Source: Squalus acanthias
Taxonomy: Eukaryota
DNA length: 64,000 bases
Assembly (NCBI GenBank): GCA_030390025.1
Contig: CM059438.1
Coordinates: forward strand, 63,986,001-64,050,000
Direction: 5' to 3'
The notes beneath the pieces are model-generated. The model did no database searches. It had not been told where the DNA came from and was given only the letters and a program-made list of their open reading frames with translations. Positions 50,094-61,204 of this stretch are shown here, piece by piece. The first letter of the stretch is position 1; every line of letters begins with the position of its first letter. Position numbers and translations under genes: made by a program.

Positions 50094-50522
50094 CTTTTTT
50101 TTCTTCCTTCATGGGATGTGGGCGTCGCTGGTAAGGCCAGCATTTATTGCCCATCCCTAATTGTCCTTGAGAAGGTGGTGGTGAGCCACCTTCTTGAACT
50201 GCTGCCGTAGAGGCGTGTTACAACTGAGTGGCCATTTCAGAGGGCAGTTAAGAGTCAACCTGTGGGTCTGAAGTCACATATAGGCCAGACCAGGTAAGGC
50301 CTGGCAGATTTCCTTCCCTAAAGGACACATGGGGTTTTACAACAATCCAGTAATTTCATGGTCATCATTACTGACACTAGCTTTTTATTCCAGATTCATA
50401 TAATTTACTGAATTTAAATTCCCTAGCTGCCATGGTGAGATTTAGAACTTGCGTCTCCGGATCATCGATCCAGGCCTCTGTATTACAAGTCCAGTAACAT
50501 AGCCACTATGCTACCGTACCCC
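50094..50522 (-). mobile_element. tRNA-headed SINE sharing both its 5' ~300 bp and 3' tail with the LINE at 16193-19120
   Basis: Head GGGTACGGTAGCATAGTGGC..; body CCTTTAGGGAAGGAAATCTGCC..ACTCTTAACTGCCCTCTGAAATGGCC..ACTCAGTTGTAAC; tail GGGCAATAAATGCTGGCCTT. Confidence 0.85.
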
Positions 50523-50531
50523 GTTCCTGGA

Positions 50532-51970
50532 TGATGTAACCTGGAAGTGGACCCAGTGATATACCAGGTCGATGCTTAGCCTCGATACAGATGACAGACT
50601 CCGAGTAATGGTTCAAAACGGTCCTTTATTGACAGGCCTGGGGAGAACCTTCTGAGACTCTTCTCAGATCCGACTCCACCGTTACCCTAGCAACATTTAC
50701 AATTATACACAAAAATCATATCCCGCCCTAGGGGCGGGTGCAAAGCTATCAACATATACAGATTTATTGCTGAATGGCAAATATGAAATATAACATTTCA
50801 TCCTTTCTGCCGCCTACAAATCGCATGACATGTGGAATCACTCCCTACATTCCCGATTAATTACATTTTTGTTATCAGTTGGTCCCAGGACCTTCTGAGA
50901 CTGCGGCCTTGGTTTGGTCTACTGCTGCAACAACCGTCCTTTGTCTCTGGCCAGATGGTTTGTTCAGTAATATATTTTCTTCAGATAACAGTTCCTGGTT
51001 TTGCAAGAGTTTCAAGCTATTTCTGCAAAGCAGGCAGGCTCTGACCTTGTGACAGGCTCATCTTACTTTTGCAAAGCAAGCATATTGGGCCAGAAATTAG
51101 GCACTTGTCGGGTGAGTACGCGCTGTGTACTCACCCGTAAGGCCTCCTGAAGTGCCGGTTTCCTGCATGCACTGCGCATGCGCGGGAAACCGGAACTTCC
51201 GGTTTCGTGAAGGGAGTGGTTCAGAGGTGAACCGCGTGCGCGGGAGAGGCTGCGTGCACGCAGCGAACTTAGGTTTTTTTTCAGATTTCTCCGGGAGGGT
51301 AAGTATTGAAGAAGCTGCGCTTTTAAAAAGGAGGCGCAAGACCCGTTTTTAACAAGGTAAGTGGTTAATTAATTACAATTTAAAATTTTTTCAACAGGTT
51401 TATCTTTTTTAGATACTTTAAAGAAAGGTAAGTTTATTTTTAGCACTGTTAAAAAGTATTTTAATTTTGTCAAAAATGTAAATTCTTGTTTAAAGTAGTT
51501 AATTTATTTAACTTATAGTTATTTTAAAAATGTGATGGTTTTTTTTTAAATTTATTTGAAGTTTAGGTGTTGTTTTGGGGCCGATTTCAATTCATAGATT
51601 TCACAGGTCTTCCTGTCAAATCTATGAATGAAAGATGGTCTGCTGCCATTGGCTCTCCATGGCCCATGTGGTCCCAGGGGACGCATCGCACTAACTACGC
51701 CCCTGGGATACACAAGCACTGCGCGCCGGCAGCTGCAGGAGGCCCAGGAGCTGAAGTTCCCGTGGGCCCAGAGGTCAACGGCAGGCGCGGTAGGTAGGTG
51801 CACGCGCGATCATTGCACCCGCAGGAAGCCAGGGAGCCTAATTTCTGGGTCATTGTGTTTAGCTTCACCAGACTTTAACTGTAAGCCATTTTGCCACTTA
51901 CAACTTGAATATTTACTGCATTCATTCCTTAATACTATAGTTCAGCATAAACAGATATTTGGTTACTTCA
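50532..51970 (-). mobile_element. Solo LTR of a second family (about 670 bp without its nested MITE)
   Basis: Termini TGATGTAACC / GGTTACTTCA, perfect 5-bp TSD CTGGA, minus-strand AATAAA near 50625. Confidence 0.82.
51087..51851 (+). mobile_element. Harbinger-type MITE
   Basis: TIR GGGCCAGAAATTAGG / CCTAATTTCTGGGTC, TSD ATT/ATT, closely similar to 28925-29688. Confidence 0.9.
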
Positions 51971-52042
51971 CTGGACATGACTGAACAGCAGAGCTTCAGG
52001 AGGCTCAGGTTATCGCGCCAGGTCATGGCAGACATTTGTAGC

Positions 52043-53444
52043 TTTTTTTAAATTTGTATATGGGATGTGGGCATCACTGGCAAGGCCAGCATTTATTGCC
52101 CATCCCTAATTGCCCTTGAGAAGGTGGTGGAGAGCCTGCCTTCTTGAACCGCTGCAGTCCATGTGGTGAAGGTACTCCCACAATGCTGTTAGGGAGGGAG
52201 TTCCAGGATTTTGACCCAGCAACGATGAAGGATCGGCGATATACTTCCAAGTCAGGATGGTGTGTGACTTGGAGGGGAACTTGGAGGTGGCGGTGTTCCC
52301 ATGCGCCTGCTGCCCTTGTCCTTCTAGGTGGAAGAGGTCGCGGGTTTGGGAGGTGCTGCCGAAGGAGCCTTGGTGAGTTGCTGCAGTGCATTTTGTAGAT
52401 GGTACACACTGCAGCCATGGTGCACCGGTGGTGGAGGGAGTGAATGTTTAAGGTGGTGGATGGGGTGCCAATCAAGCGGGCTGCTTTGTCCTGGATGGAG
52501 TTGAGCTTCTTGAGTGTTGTTGGAACTGCACTCATCCAGGCAAGTGGAGAGTATTCCATCACACTCCTGACTTGTGCCTTGTAGATGGTGGAAAGGCTTT
52601 AGCGAGTCAGGAGGTGAGACACTCGCCGCAGAATACCTAGCCTCTGACCTGCTCTTGTTGCCACAGTATTTATGTGGCTGGTCCAGTTAAGTTTCTGGTC
52701 AATGGTAACCCCCAGGTTGTTGATAGTGAGGGATTCGGCGATGGTAATACCATTGAATGTCAAGGGGAGGTGGTTAGACGCTCGCTTGTTGGAGATAGTC
52801 ATTGCCTGGCACTTCTGTGGTGCGAATGTTACCTGCCACTTATCAGCCCAAGCCTGAACGTCGTCCAGGTCTTGTTGCATGCGGGCATGGACTGCTTCAT
52901 TATCTGAGGAGTTTTGAATGGCGCTGAACACTGTGCAGTCATCAGCAAACATCCCCATTTCTGACCTTATGTTGGAGGGAAGGTCATTGATGAAGCAGCT
53001 GAAGATGATTGGGCCTAGGACACTGCTCTGAGGAACACCTGCAGCGATGTCCTGGGGCTGTGATGATCGACTTTCAACCACCACAACCATCTTGTGCTAG
53101 GTATGACTCCAGCCAGTGGAGCGTTTTCCCCCCGATTCCCATTGACTTCAATTTTACTAGGGCTCCTTGATGCCACACTCGGTCAAATGCTGCCTTGATG
53201 TCAAGGACAGTCACTCTCACCTCACCTCTGGAATTCAGCTCCTTTGTCCATGTTCGGACCAAGGCTGTAATGAGGTCGGGAGCCGAGTGGTTTTGGCGGA
53301 ACCCAAACTGGGCATCTGTGAGCAGGTTATGGTGAATAAGTGCCGCTTGACAGCACTGTCGCTGACACCTTCCATCACTTTGCTGATGATTGAGTGTAGA
53401 CTGATGGGGCGGTAATTGGCCTGGTTGGATTTGTCCTGCTTTTT
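52043..53444 (-). mobile_element. 5'-truncated copy of the tRNA-headed CR1-group LINE
   Basis: YRPISL, LDIKAAFDRVWH, GVPQSSVLGP, MFADDCT, same tail as 19050-19120. Confidence 0.9.
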
Positions 53445-54649
53445 GCTTGCTGGAACAAGACCTGCTGACAAATGGACCTGGTGGACACGCCTTTCATAGT
53501 CACCACCGCCCTCAATTTCGTTACCTCAGGCTCCTTCCAGAGATCTGCAGCAGACATTTGCAGGATCTCGCAGTCTGCCACCCACAAATGCATCACCCAG
53601 GTGACTGATGCCATATTTGACAAGTCAGTCACTTATGTACACTTTGCCACTGATGAAGCCGGTGTGACTGAGCGGGCGCTCGGCTTTGCCGCTCTGGCTG
53701 GTGTCCCACGGGTGCAGGGCGTCATCGATTGCACACATGTGGCTATCAAGGTACCCCCACATCACCCAAGAGTGTTCGTGAACCAGAAAGGCTTCCACTC
53801 CCTCAATGTACAGCTCGTCTGCAACTACAAAAAGATCATCATGCATGTGTGTGCCAGATTCCCAGGGAGCTTTCGTTCTTCGCCAGTCCACCCTCCCTCA
53901 GCTCTTCACACCTCCGAACAGACTTACTGGCTTGCTGCTTGGAGACCAGGGCTATCCACTGAAGACGTGGCTGATGACACCCTTGAGGAGGCCAAGCACT
54001 GAGACCGATGAGCGCTATAATGAGAGCCACATGATGACCAGATGTGTAATAGAGCAAGCAATCAGCATGCTGAAGATGCGCTTCAGATGCCTTGACAGAT
54101 CTGGAGGAGCCTTTCAGTACGCACCAGCCAGGGTCTCCAGAATCATCGTCGTCTGCTGCGCGCTGCACAACATAGCGCAGCAGCGAGGATTGGAGCTGCA
54201 GGAGGAGCAAGGCGCAGAATGCAGAGTCTCTTTGGAGGAGGAGAAGGAAGAGGAACAGGTGTTACATGAGGAGGAGGAGAAGGGGGAGGAACCTGAGGTG
54301 GACCAGCAGTGGTGCACATGGCTGCCCGGGAGGCCGGGAAGGCACGATTTAGTTAAGTTGCACCAGTGCACCCATCTGGCTCCCAGATCGTGTACCGACT
54401 TCCACTCCCCCCCACAGCACCAACACCACAAAGCAGTCCTAAAATGACCAAACCATTCCTGTCACACACACACCCATTGCTCGAGGTTAAGTAATGTCTC
54501 ACGATTCACTTCAACTGACAAGGCTACTTCCCAGGTAGCAGGCAAAATTGGACAAGACCGGAAAGTAGTGCAAAGAAATAAATTTATGTGGGTCATAAAC
54601 AGAACTGAAACTTAACACTAACAGTTTTTCATACAACCATGTGCATCTT

Positions 54650-56514
54650 GGTTTGTGTCTTTTTTCTTTTCCTGTGCTTCTACGAGGTGCACCCACTGTG
54701 GCTTCAGCAGAGGTAGAGGCAGGCTGCTCACTTCCCTGCTCTGACTGCTTAGACACTTTTGGCGGATGTCCTCTGGGTTTTGGAGCCTGTGAGGGCCCTG
54801 CCAAAGACTGCTCCTCCTGTGACTGTGCGGGGGCAGACTCGGCCATCGCGATCCGAGGCAGCATGTGGGGCTCTGACTGAGGGTAGGGGGGGGAGGTGCG
54901 GGGTAACGGGGGAGAAATGGGAGCGCTTTGAGAAGAGCCCCCACTTCCATGTCCCCCTCACCATCACACCTCTCATGGGCCACCCGCACTTCCCTGCTAG
55001 CAAGGAGCTGGAGAGCAACTAGTTGCACAGCACTGGGGCGATGAACGCCCAAGTCTACGTTAGTATCCCTCCTAGGGATGATTGCAATCAGAGTCTACAA
55101 GCTGTTGTTCACAGCAAGCATGGCATCCTTTGACTGCCACACTAACTGCTCCATGAAGGTGGCCATCCTTTCCATGGAACAGCACACTGTCGCCATCACC
55201 TGCGACATGGTGCTGCTCATTTTGGAGATGGGCTCCTCCATTCTCTCTACAATTGCGCACATCGTGGCTGGAAAAGCTGCCAGAGCCTCGCGCATTTGTT
55301 GCTGCTCCTCCAAGATCAACCTCTTTGTCGACGGCCCCCGAGGTTCAGCATCTGCGTCCTGCACCCTCCACTGCTGTCCCTGTCTCCACCACCTGCTCTT
55401 GCTCACTTGTGATGTGTGAGACACCAGGTGACAACACTACTCTATGTCTCGCTGGACTCACCGAGGTGCGCGTGTCTGCGCTGGTGCTGGGTGCACATGA
55501 GCCTGGTGACGGTGCACCCTCAGAGAGTGGAGCTTCCTCTGAGGAGTCGTCTTCCTCCTCCGGTTGGATAGTGGGGTGGGGGGGTGGGGGCGGCAGTGGG
55601 GCTGCACTTGATGGACCTGTGAGAGAGTAAAGACATGAATTAGAAGTCTTATGATAAGAATGTTTAACGTTACCATTATGCACATGATACCATTTCACTG
55701 GCTGCTGACATCAAGTCACCATGAGTGACTGTTGTATGCCATGTGGCTGTATGATATTTAATTCTGTCACCAGGTTGCTGGGAGGTCCCCCTCTCTCCGT
55801 CTCCCACCGCCAGCAGCTCTGCCACTCCGCTTATTTCCAGTGCCTCCTCCTCTGCTGGTGTCAGTACACTGTAAATTGGAGGGCCACATCTGGTTCTCTG
55901 TCTCTCCCTGTTGTTCTGGGCTCTCTTCTTCTGCAAGGAGGGAAAGAAGAGAACTTTGATTGAGAGTGATGGAATAAGTGTAGGGAATGGATGGGCTACA
56001 TCTGTAGAGGGTGACTATGAGGGAGTGGGGTGAGAATGCCAAATGGCCTCCTTCTGTGGTGTTACTTACTATGATTGTATTAGCGTGAGGGTGAGAGTCA
56101 GTGGTGGATAGCCAGATGGGGATGTGAGTAGGTACAGAGACAGTGAGGGATGGGTGCACCTGCAAGGTAGGTTGGTGTGAGGAGTGACGGGCAGGAGTAG
56201 GCTTGGGAAGGCAGAGTGCTGGGGTTGGGGTGACACACACATCAGAATGTAGTTGAGTGTGGCATTGAACGCACCTTTCCTGACCTCATGAGGTCATTAA
56301 ATCTCTTCCTACGCTGCATCCAGGAGCAGCTGACGACACCCCTGCTGCTCACTTCGTGGGCGATCTCCAGCCGTGCCCTCTTTGTTTCACTGGCTGGCCT
56401 CTTCCTGCCGCCACCAGGGAAGAGGACTTCCTTCCGTGCTCTCACTCCCTGGAGAAGGATTTCCAGGGAGGAATCAGAAAACCTGGGGGAAGCCTTCTGG
56501 CGCTGAGGCTGCAT
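54650..56514 (-). pseudogene. Harbinger Myb/SANT gene, 3 exons, decayed
   Basis: MQPQRQKASPRFSDSSLEILL..VLFP..WMQRRKRFNDL (exon 1), KKRAQNNRERQRT..LTPAEEEALEI (exon 2), acidic/coiled-coil exon 3; GT-AG junctions. Confidence 0.8.
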
Positions 56515-57465
56515 CGTTGGCTATAAATGATTGCACCCTCACAGTCAAAGTATTGAATGTAACAGCGACAGGCACCTTTCAAAACCACCTCAGACCCGCC
56601 TACAACAACCTTCAACTCTGATGTGTGCAAGGCTCCTTTAAATAGGCGAGCTGAAGGCGAGTCATCCGTGACATCATCAAACCCGCTCCAGTTAATTGGC
56701 CGGCAAACCCACATGACTCAGTCAATTGATCCAGTTAGGTTAAACACACAGTGGAGAGCGAGCTGATGGAAAGTTCATGATGGCGACCCGCTACGCGGAC
56801 CCCCCGCACCCAAACCCACTCACAGGTAAAAATTCAGCCCAGAGTTTCCGAGCAGCAAACAGAATCTCTGATCACAAGACAGCAGCGTCTCCTGAGTACG
56901 ACAGGATTATTTCTCTCGCTAAATGCAGTGCGTGGAGGGTGGTTACATTGTACACATTTTGTGCATTAACTCAGTCCCAGTCACTTACAGCAGTGCGGTC
57001 TCCAGGCGGGGGAATCATCTCCAATCATCTCCATTCGGGCCGGGACTTGTGGTGTCACTACAAGCAGCCATGGAGATTTGTATAAATTTGTATGCTTGGT
57101 CAAGTAGAAGAAACGCAGCAGAACAGGGGCCGCATTAGTGGTGGCAGCAGTGAAGTACAAGAGAAGCAGCCCCACTGGGCCGACGCCTCAGTGTTCTGTC
57201 ACTTGTCGATGAGATTACAATCTGCTGGTTGGCTTTAGTCCAAGGTGGGTCCAGTCGGCACGACATGTGGGACTCACGCTGCATTTAAATTATTCCTAAT
57301 TACCTCGGAATAACACTCGGATATAACATTGTAATCAGGTGACCTATTCCTTATCTGCAACTGATATGGTCATGGATTCATTCGGGAATGCAGGGTCTTG
57401 CCGTGGATTTGTTCACGCCAGAATGATAGCAATGGTTTTTATAGGTTAAACAAAGTATTCCTTTA

Positions 57466-57592
57466 CTTCACCTGACGAAGGAGCAGCACTCCGAAAGCTT
57501 GTGATTTCAAATAAAACTGTTGGACTATAACCTGGTGTTGTGCGACTTCTCACTTTTGTCCACCCCAGTCCAACACCGGCATCTCCGCATCA
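57466..57592 (+). mobile_element. PLE family B 3' remnant with hammerhead at 57468-57504
   Basis: TCAC-CTGACGA-A-GGAG..CTCC-GAAA-GCTT-GTGA followed by the same tail as 44437-44495. Confidence 0.85.
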
Positions 57593-57599
57593 TTAGTAA

Positions 57600-58370
57600 A
57601 ATGATCAGATTATATTGAATAAAATGCAGGCCTTCCATAGCTCAATGTTCACTCGGAGCATGTGTCATTTATGCAGTAGAAGAGGTGGACTTGACTATAT
57701 CTGTACAGACAGAAACATCCGAGTGAAGAAAACAGCCCCGGTTAGTAGTTCCCAGTCTGTTGATTAAAGAATATTCAGTGAAAGAAGACTAGAATCAATC
57801 AGCAGAGTGGCCTCAGCGTGACCTTATTCTAGTTCAATTTGGAGCAGCTTTGATATGATAAACAGTCACATGAGGTGACATGAATATCATTAACTCCACA
57901 TTAGAATTCAGTGTAATGCTTTAGATGAAGAAGCCACATTGGGCCTTTCCACACACTCTGTGGTCAGCCCTTTGCAGTTCTGTGAAGTGTTTCATTTGTA
58001 CTGTATTTTTGACTGCAGCATATTGAAGTTAATCTTGAACTAGTTCTTCAATGAAGACCAGCAGATTCAGGCTCATTGCTTTGATCCATGCTTCCCCTAA
58101 CATTCAAATTTACGGTTAGTTCAGAATCGTAGCTGATTACTTTCCCAGGATATCAGGCACAGATACAGTTACAGTCACATCTAGGACAACAGATTTAGTA
58201 CAAGGAAAATGGCTGAAAAATCAGTGGGCATTTGCAGGGGAGATGAATAAAATCTCATTGTGGGGGATATTTTTCCTGCAGTCTTGGTTGGTTTCTCTCC
58301 TCACCTCCATTTCAGTTTCAGTCAGCGGCATGTTTTAAAGTGCTTGTCATATTGCCTTTCTTAAAACCAG
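57600..58370 (-). pseudogene. Candidate large decayed exon of the unidentified pseudogene
   Basis: Acceptor TTATTTCCTTCAACGGTTGCAG at 58371; LVLRKAI*QAL*NMPLTETEMEVRRETNQDCRKNIPHNEILF.. with stops and frameshifts; end uncertain. Confidence 0.3.
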
Positions 58371-58724
58371 CTGCAACCGTTGAAGGAAATAATATTAACG
58401 GGCTCAAGAGGCAATTAGATGTGGTTGATGTGTCTCTGGAGAGAAGGGATTGAGGGAGATGGCGAGGAGATGGGTACACGGAGTGGAAATCATTGGAAAA
58501 CAGATGGCTTCATTGGCCCTTATGGCCGCTTACTGAAATTAAAACTCCCTGTGTATTTAATTGTGCGTCACAAATTAATATTTTTTGCTTGTCTCCTGGG
58601 TAACATCCCTCACTCCACCAACACCACCTAAAATAGATTAACCGCCATTCATCTCATTACTGCTGGTGGGCTATTGCGAGCTGCAGAATGGCTGCCACAC
58701 TTGCCTACACAACACAAGTAGTAG

Positions 58725-59520
58725 TTGGCAGGTAACATTCGCGCCACACAAGTGCCAGGCAATGACTACCTCCAACAAGCGAGAGTCTAACCACCGCCCC
58801 TTGCCATTCTACGGCATTACCATCGTCGAATCCCCCACCATCAACATCCTGGGGGGTCACCATTGACCAGAAACTTATCTGGACCAGCCACATAAATACT
58901 GTGGCAACAAGAGCAGGTCAGAGGCTAGGTATTCTGCGGCGAGTGTCTCACCTCCTGACTCCCCAAAGCCTTTCCACCATCTACAAGGCACAAGTTAGGA
59001 GTGTGATGGAATACTCTCCACTTGCCTGGATGAGTGCAACTCCAACAACACTCAAGAAGCTTGACACCATCCAGGACAAAGCAGCCCGCTTGATTGGCAC
59101 CCCATCCACCAACTTAAACATTCACTCCCTCCACCAGCGGCGCACCGTGGCTGCAGTGTGTACCATCTACAAGATGCGCTGCAGCAACTCGCCAAGGCTT
59201 CTTCGGCAGCACCTCCCAAGCCCGTGACCTCTTCTACCTGGAAGGACAAGGGCAGCAGATGCATGGGAACACCACCACCTCCAAGTTCCCCTCCAAGTCA
59301 CACACCATCCTGACTGAGAAGTATATCGCCGATCCTTCATCGTCGCTGGGTCAAAATCCTGGAACTCCCTCCCTAACAGCACTGTGGGAGTACCTTCACC
59401 ACACGGACTGCAGCGGTTCAAGAAGGTGGCTCACCAACACCTTCTCAAGGGCAATTAGGGATGGGCAATAAATACTGGCCTTGCCAGCGACACCCACATT
59501 CCACAAATGAATAAAAAAAG
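58725..59520 (+). mobile_element. 3' fragment of the tRNA-headed CR1-group LINE
   Basis: WQVTFAPHKCQAM..ATRAGQRLGILRR..YKAQVRSVMEYS; same tail. Confidence 0.9.
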
Positions 59521-60639
59521 TCCCTTTCATTGATGGGAAATGACCGGCAAATCAACAAATGCGCCTGAGGGGCTGAAAATGTTCCACTTTAGTTGGAAGC
59601 ATTTGGCAATTGTTGAAAGAGTAAGAGGCTGCCTGAGGTATCAGATGAAGTGATTTTTTATTTTTAAAATAAATTACTGTCTCCACCGCTTATAGGGCGC
59701 ACATTGATGCTAATGCGATTTGCCCACTATACATGAGGGGGGCGGTATAACCGAAAAGGTAAGAAACCAACATTTTTTTAATAAACAGGACATCTCACTT
59801 AGCAACTGCCTCTCCAAATTGTGAACGATTGCATCCAAAACCTCATCACTAAGCTAATCGCACCTTACTGAGGTTCGAGCACCACATTGAAACTGCTTGA
59901 AGACCCAATTGCCTTTGAAATTAGCAGAGCAGTTTAAATTGGTAAGTACAGGGCCAGTAATTATTGAACTGCCCGAAATAGTCAGCGCGCATACTACGTT
60001 ATAAGCAGAGCCTTTCTAATTGAACTCCTATGGTAATGGAAAATGGTTAGCGCTATTTGCCCGATTATAGGCGGCTGCCCATGATAAGTGTAGATGGTGT
60101 AAGTGTACATGGTATAGTTGAGGCAATGTTCCCACCTTATCACTTTTATCTTTACATTTGAGGGATGGTTTTGCCTCTTGTTTGTTTCTGGTTAAGTAAT
60201 GACAGGTGTGAAAAACCAGCATCGCAGTTACTGTAGAGCAATAGAAGGGAATGACTGGGATAGTCTGTTCTAAATATAACCATCCACATGTAACTCTAAT
60301 GATGCTCTTTATCTTTTTGCTTCCCATTATAGGAAAAATACCATCTCCATTCTTAACATGTTTTGTGATTTGAAAGTACTGTACCCTGATTAAATTCTGC
60401 CTTTGCTGTTTTGAGATTTTGGAAGATACAGTCAATGGGGGAGGGGTAATCCTATATTGTCAGCAGTACAACCTGTTACACTGAAGTGGACGTCCTTCAA
60501 CGAGGTGGATCGTCTTTCTGCTGCCCGTTTTCAGGCCGTGTTGGGGTGCTATAACCAGTAAAATGGGGCGATTTGGCCTAACATCCCGGAAAGGTGCACC
60601 AAGATTCTCCTCCCGAAACCCAGCCAGTCTGTGGTACTA

Positions 60640-61060
60640 ATACAATAGCAAAATACTGCGGATGCTGGAAATCTGAAATAACAGAAAATGCTGGAAACAC
60701 TCAGCAGGCCAGGCAGCATCCGTGGAGAGAGTAACAGAGGCACTTTACAGCCTTCTGGACTCAACATTGAGTTCAACAATTTCAGACTATAACCTCTGCC
60801 CCCTATTTTTTCACATGGCAGCTGTTGATGATTCTGCCATCCCCATTTGTAACTCCTGCCTTCTACCCTGTCACAGATCGTTCCTTTAGTTCTTTCTTCC
60901 CCTCCCCGCTTTCCCTGCCTCTGCACCTGCTTAAAACCTGTTGCATCCCTTAACTTTTTCCAGTTCTGATGAAGGGTCCCAGACCTGAAACGTTAATTCT
61001 GTTTCTCTCTCCACGGATGCTGCCTGACCTGCTGAGTGTCTCCAGCATTTTCTGTTATTT
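60640..61060 (+). mobile_element. Mini PLE (family A): inverted 3'-end copy + GIY-YIG tail + 3' UTR + hammerhead
   Basis: GTLQPSGLNIEFNNFR* at about 60739-60792; arms 60673-60731 and 61005-61063 (2 mismatches); degenerate TSD CAGTCTGTGGTACTA / CAGTCTGCAGTACCA. Confidence 0.85.
60960..61000 (+). ncRNA. Minimal type I hammerhead ribozyme (family A)
   Basis: AGTT-CTGATGA-A-GGGTC-CCA-GACCT-GAAA-CGTT-AATT. Confidence 0.82.
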
Positions 61061-61204
61061 CAGTCTGCAGTACCACCTGCTCTCCTGTGTGGAACTAGCG
61101 GTGGGTGGGCCTTGACAACGTTCCTGCACCATTTTCCCCAACCCAACTTCTGAGGGCCCTGTCACTGTGCAAGCAGCACAGCCGGGTATCCCTGAGGCGG
61201 GTAC

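Larger units (their letters stand above)
49905..54350 (+). pseudogene. Harbinger DDE transposase pseudogene, fragmented
   Basis: RYPQHRVYRQRMS / FLDMTEQQSFRRLRLSRQVMADICS / [68 protein letters not shown]. Confidence 0.9.
49362..56840. mobile_element. Decayed PIF/Harbinger transposon C with four nested insertions
   Basis: TIR GGCCGGAATTTTTAC / GTAAAAATTCAGCCC; transposase + in pieces (about 49905-50093, 51971-52042, 53445-54350); Myb gene - at 54650-56514. Confidence 0.85.

Noticed and set aside
60028..60435. 135-aa ORF as another exon
   Set aside because: No convincing splice sites or recognisable motifs; may be chance
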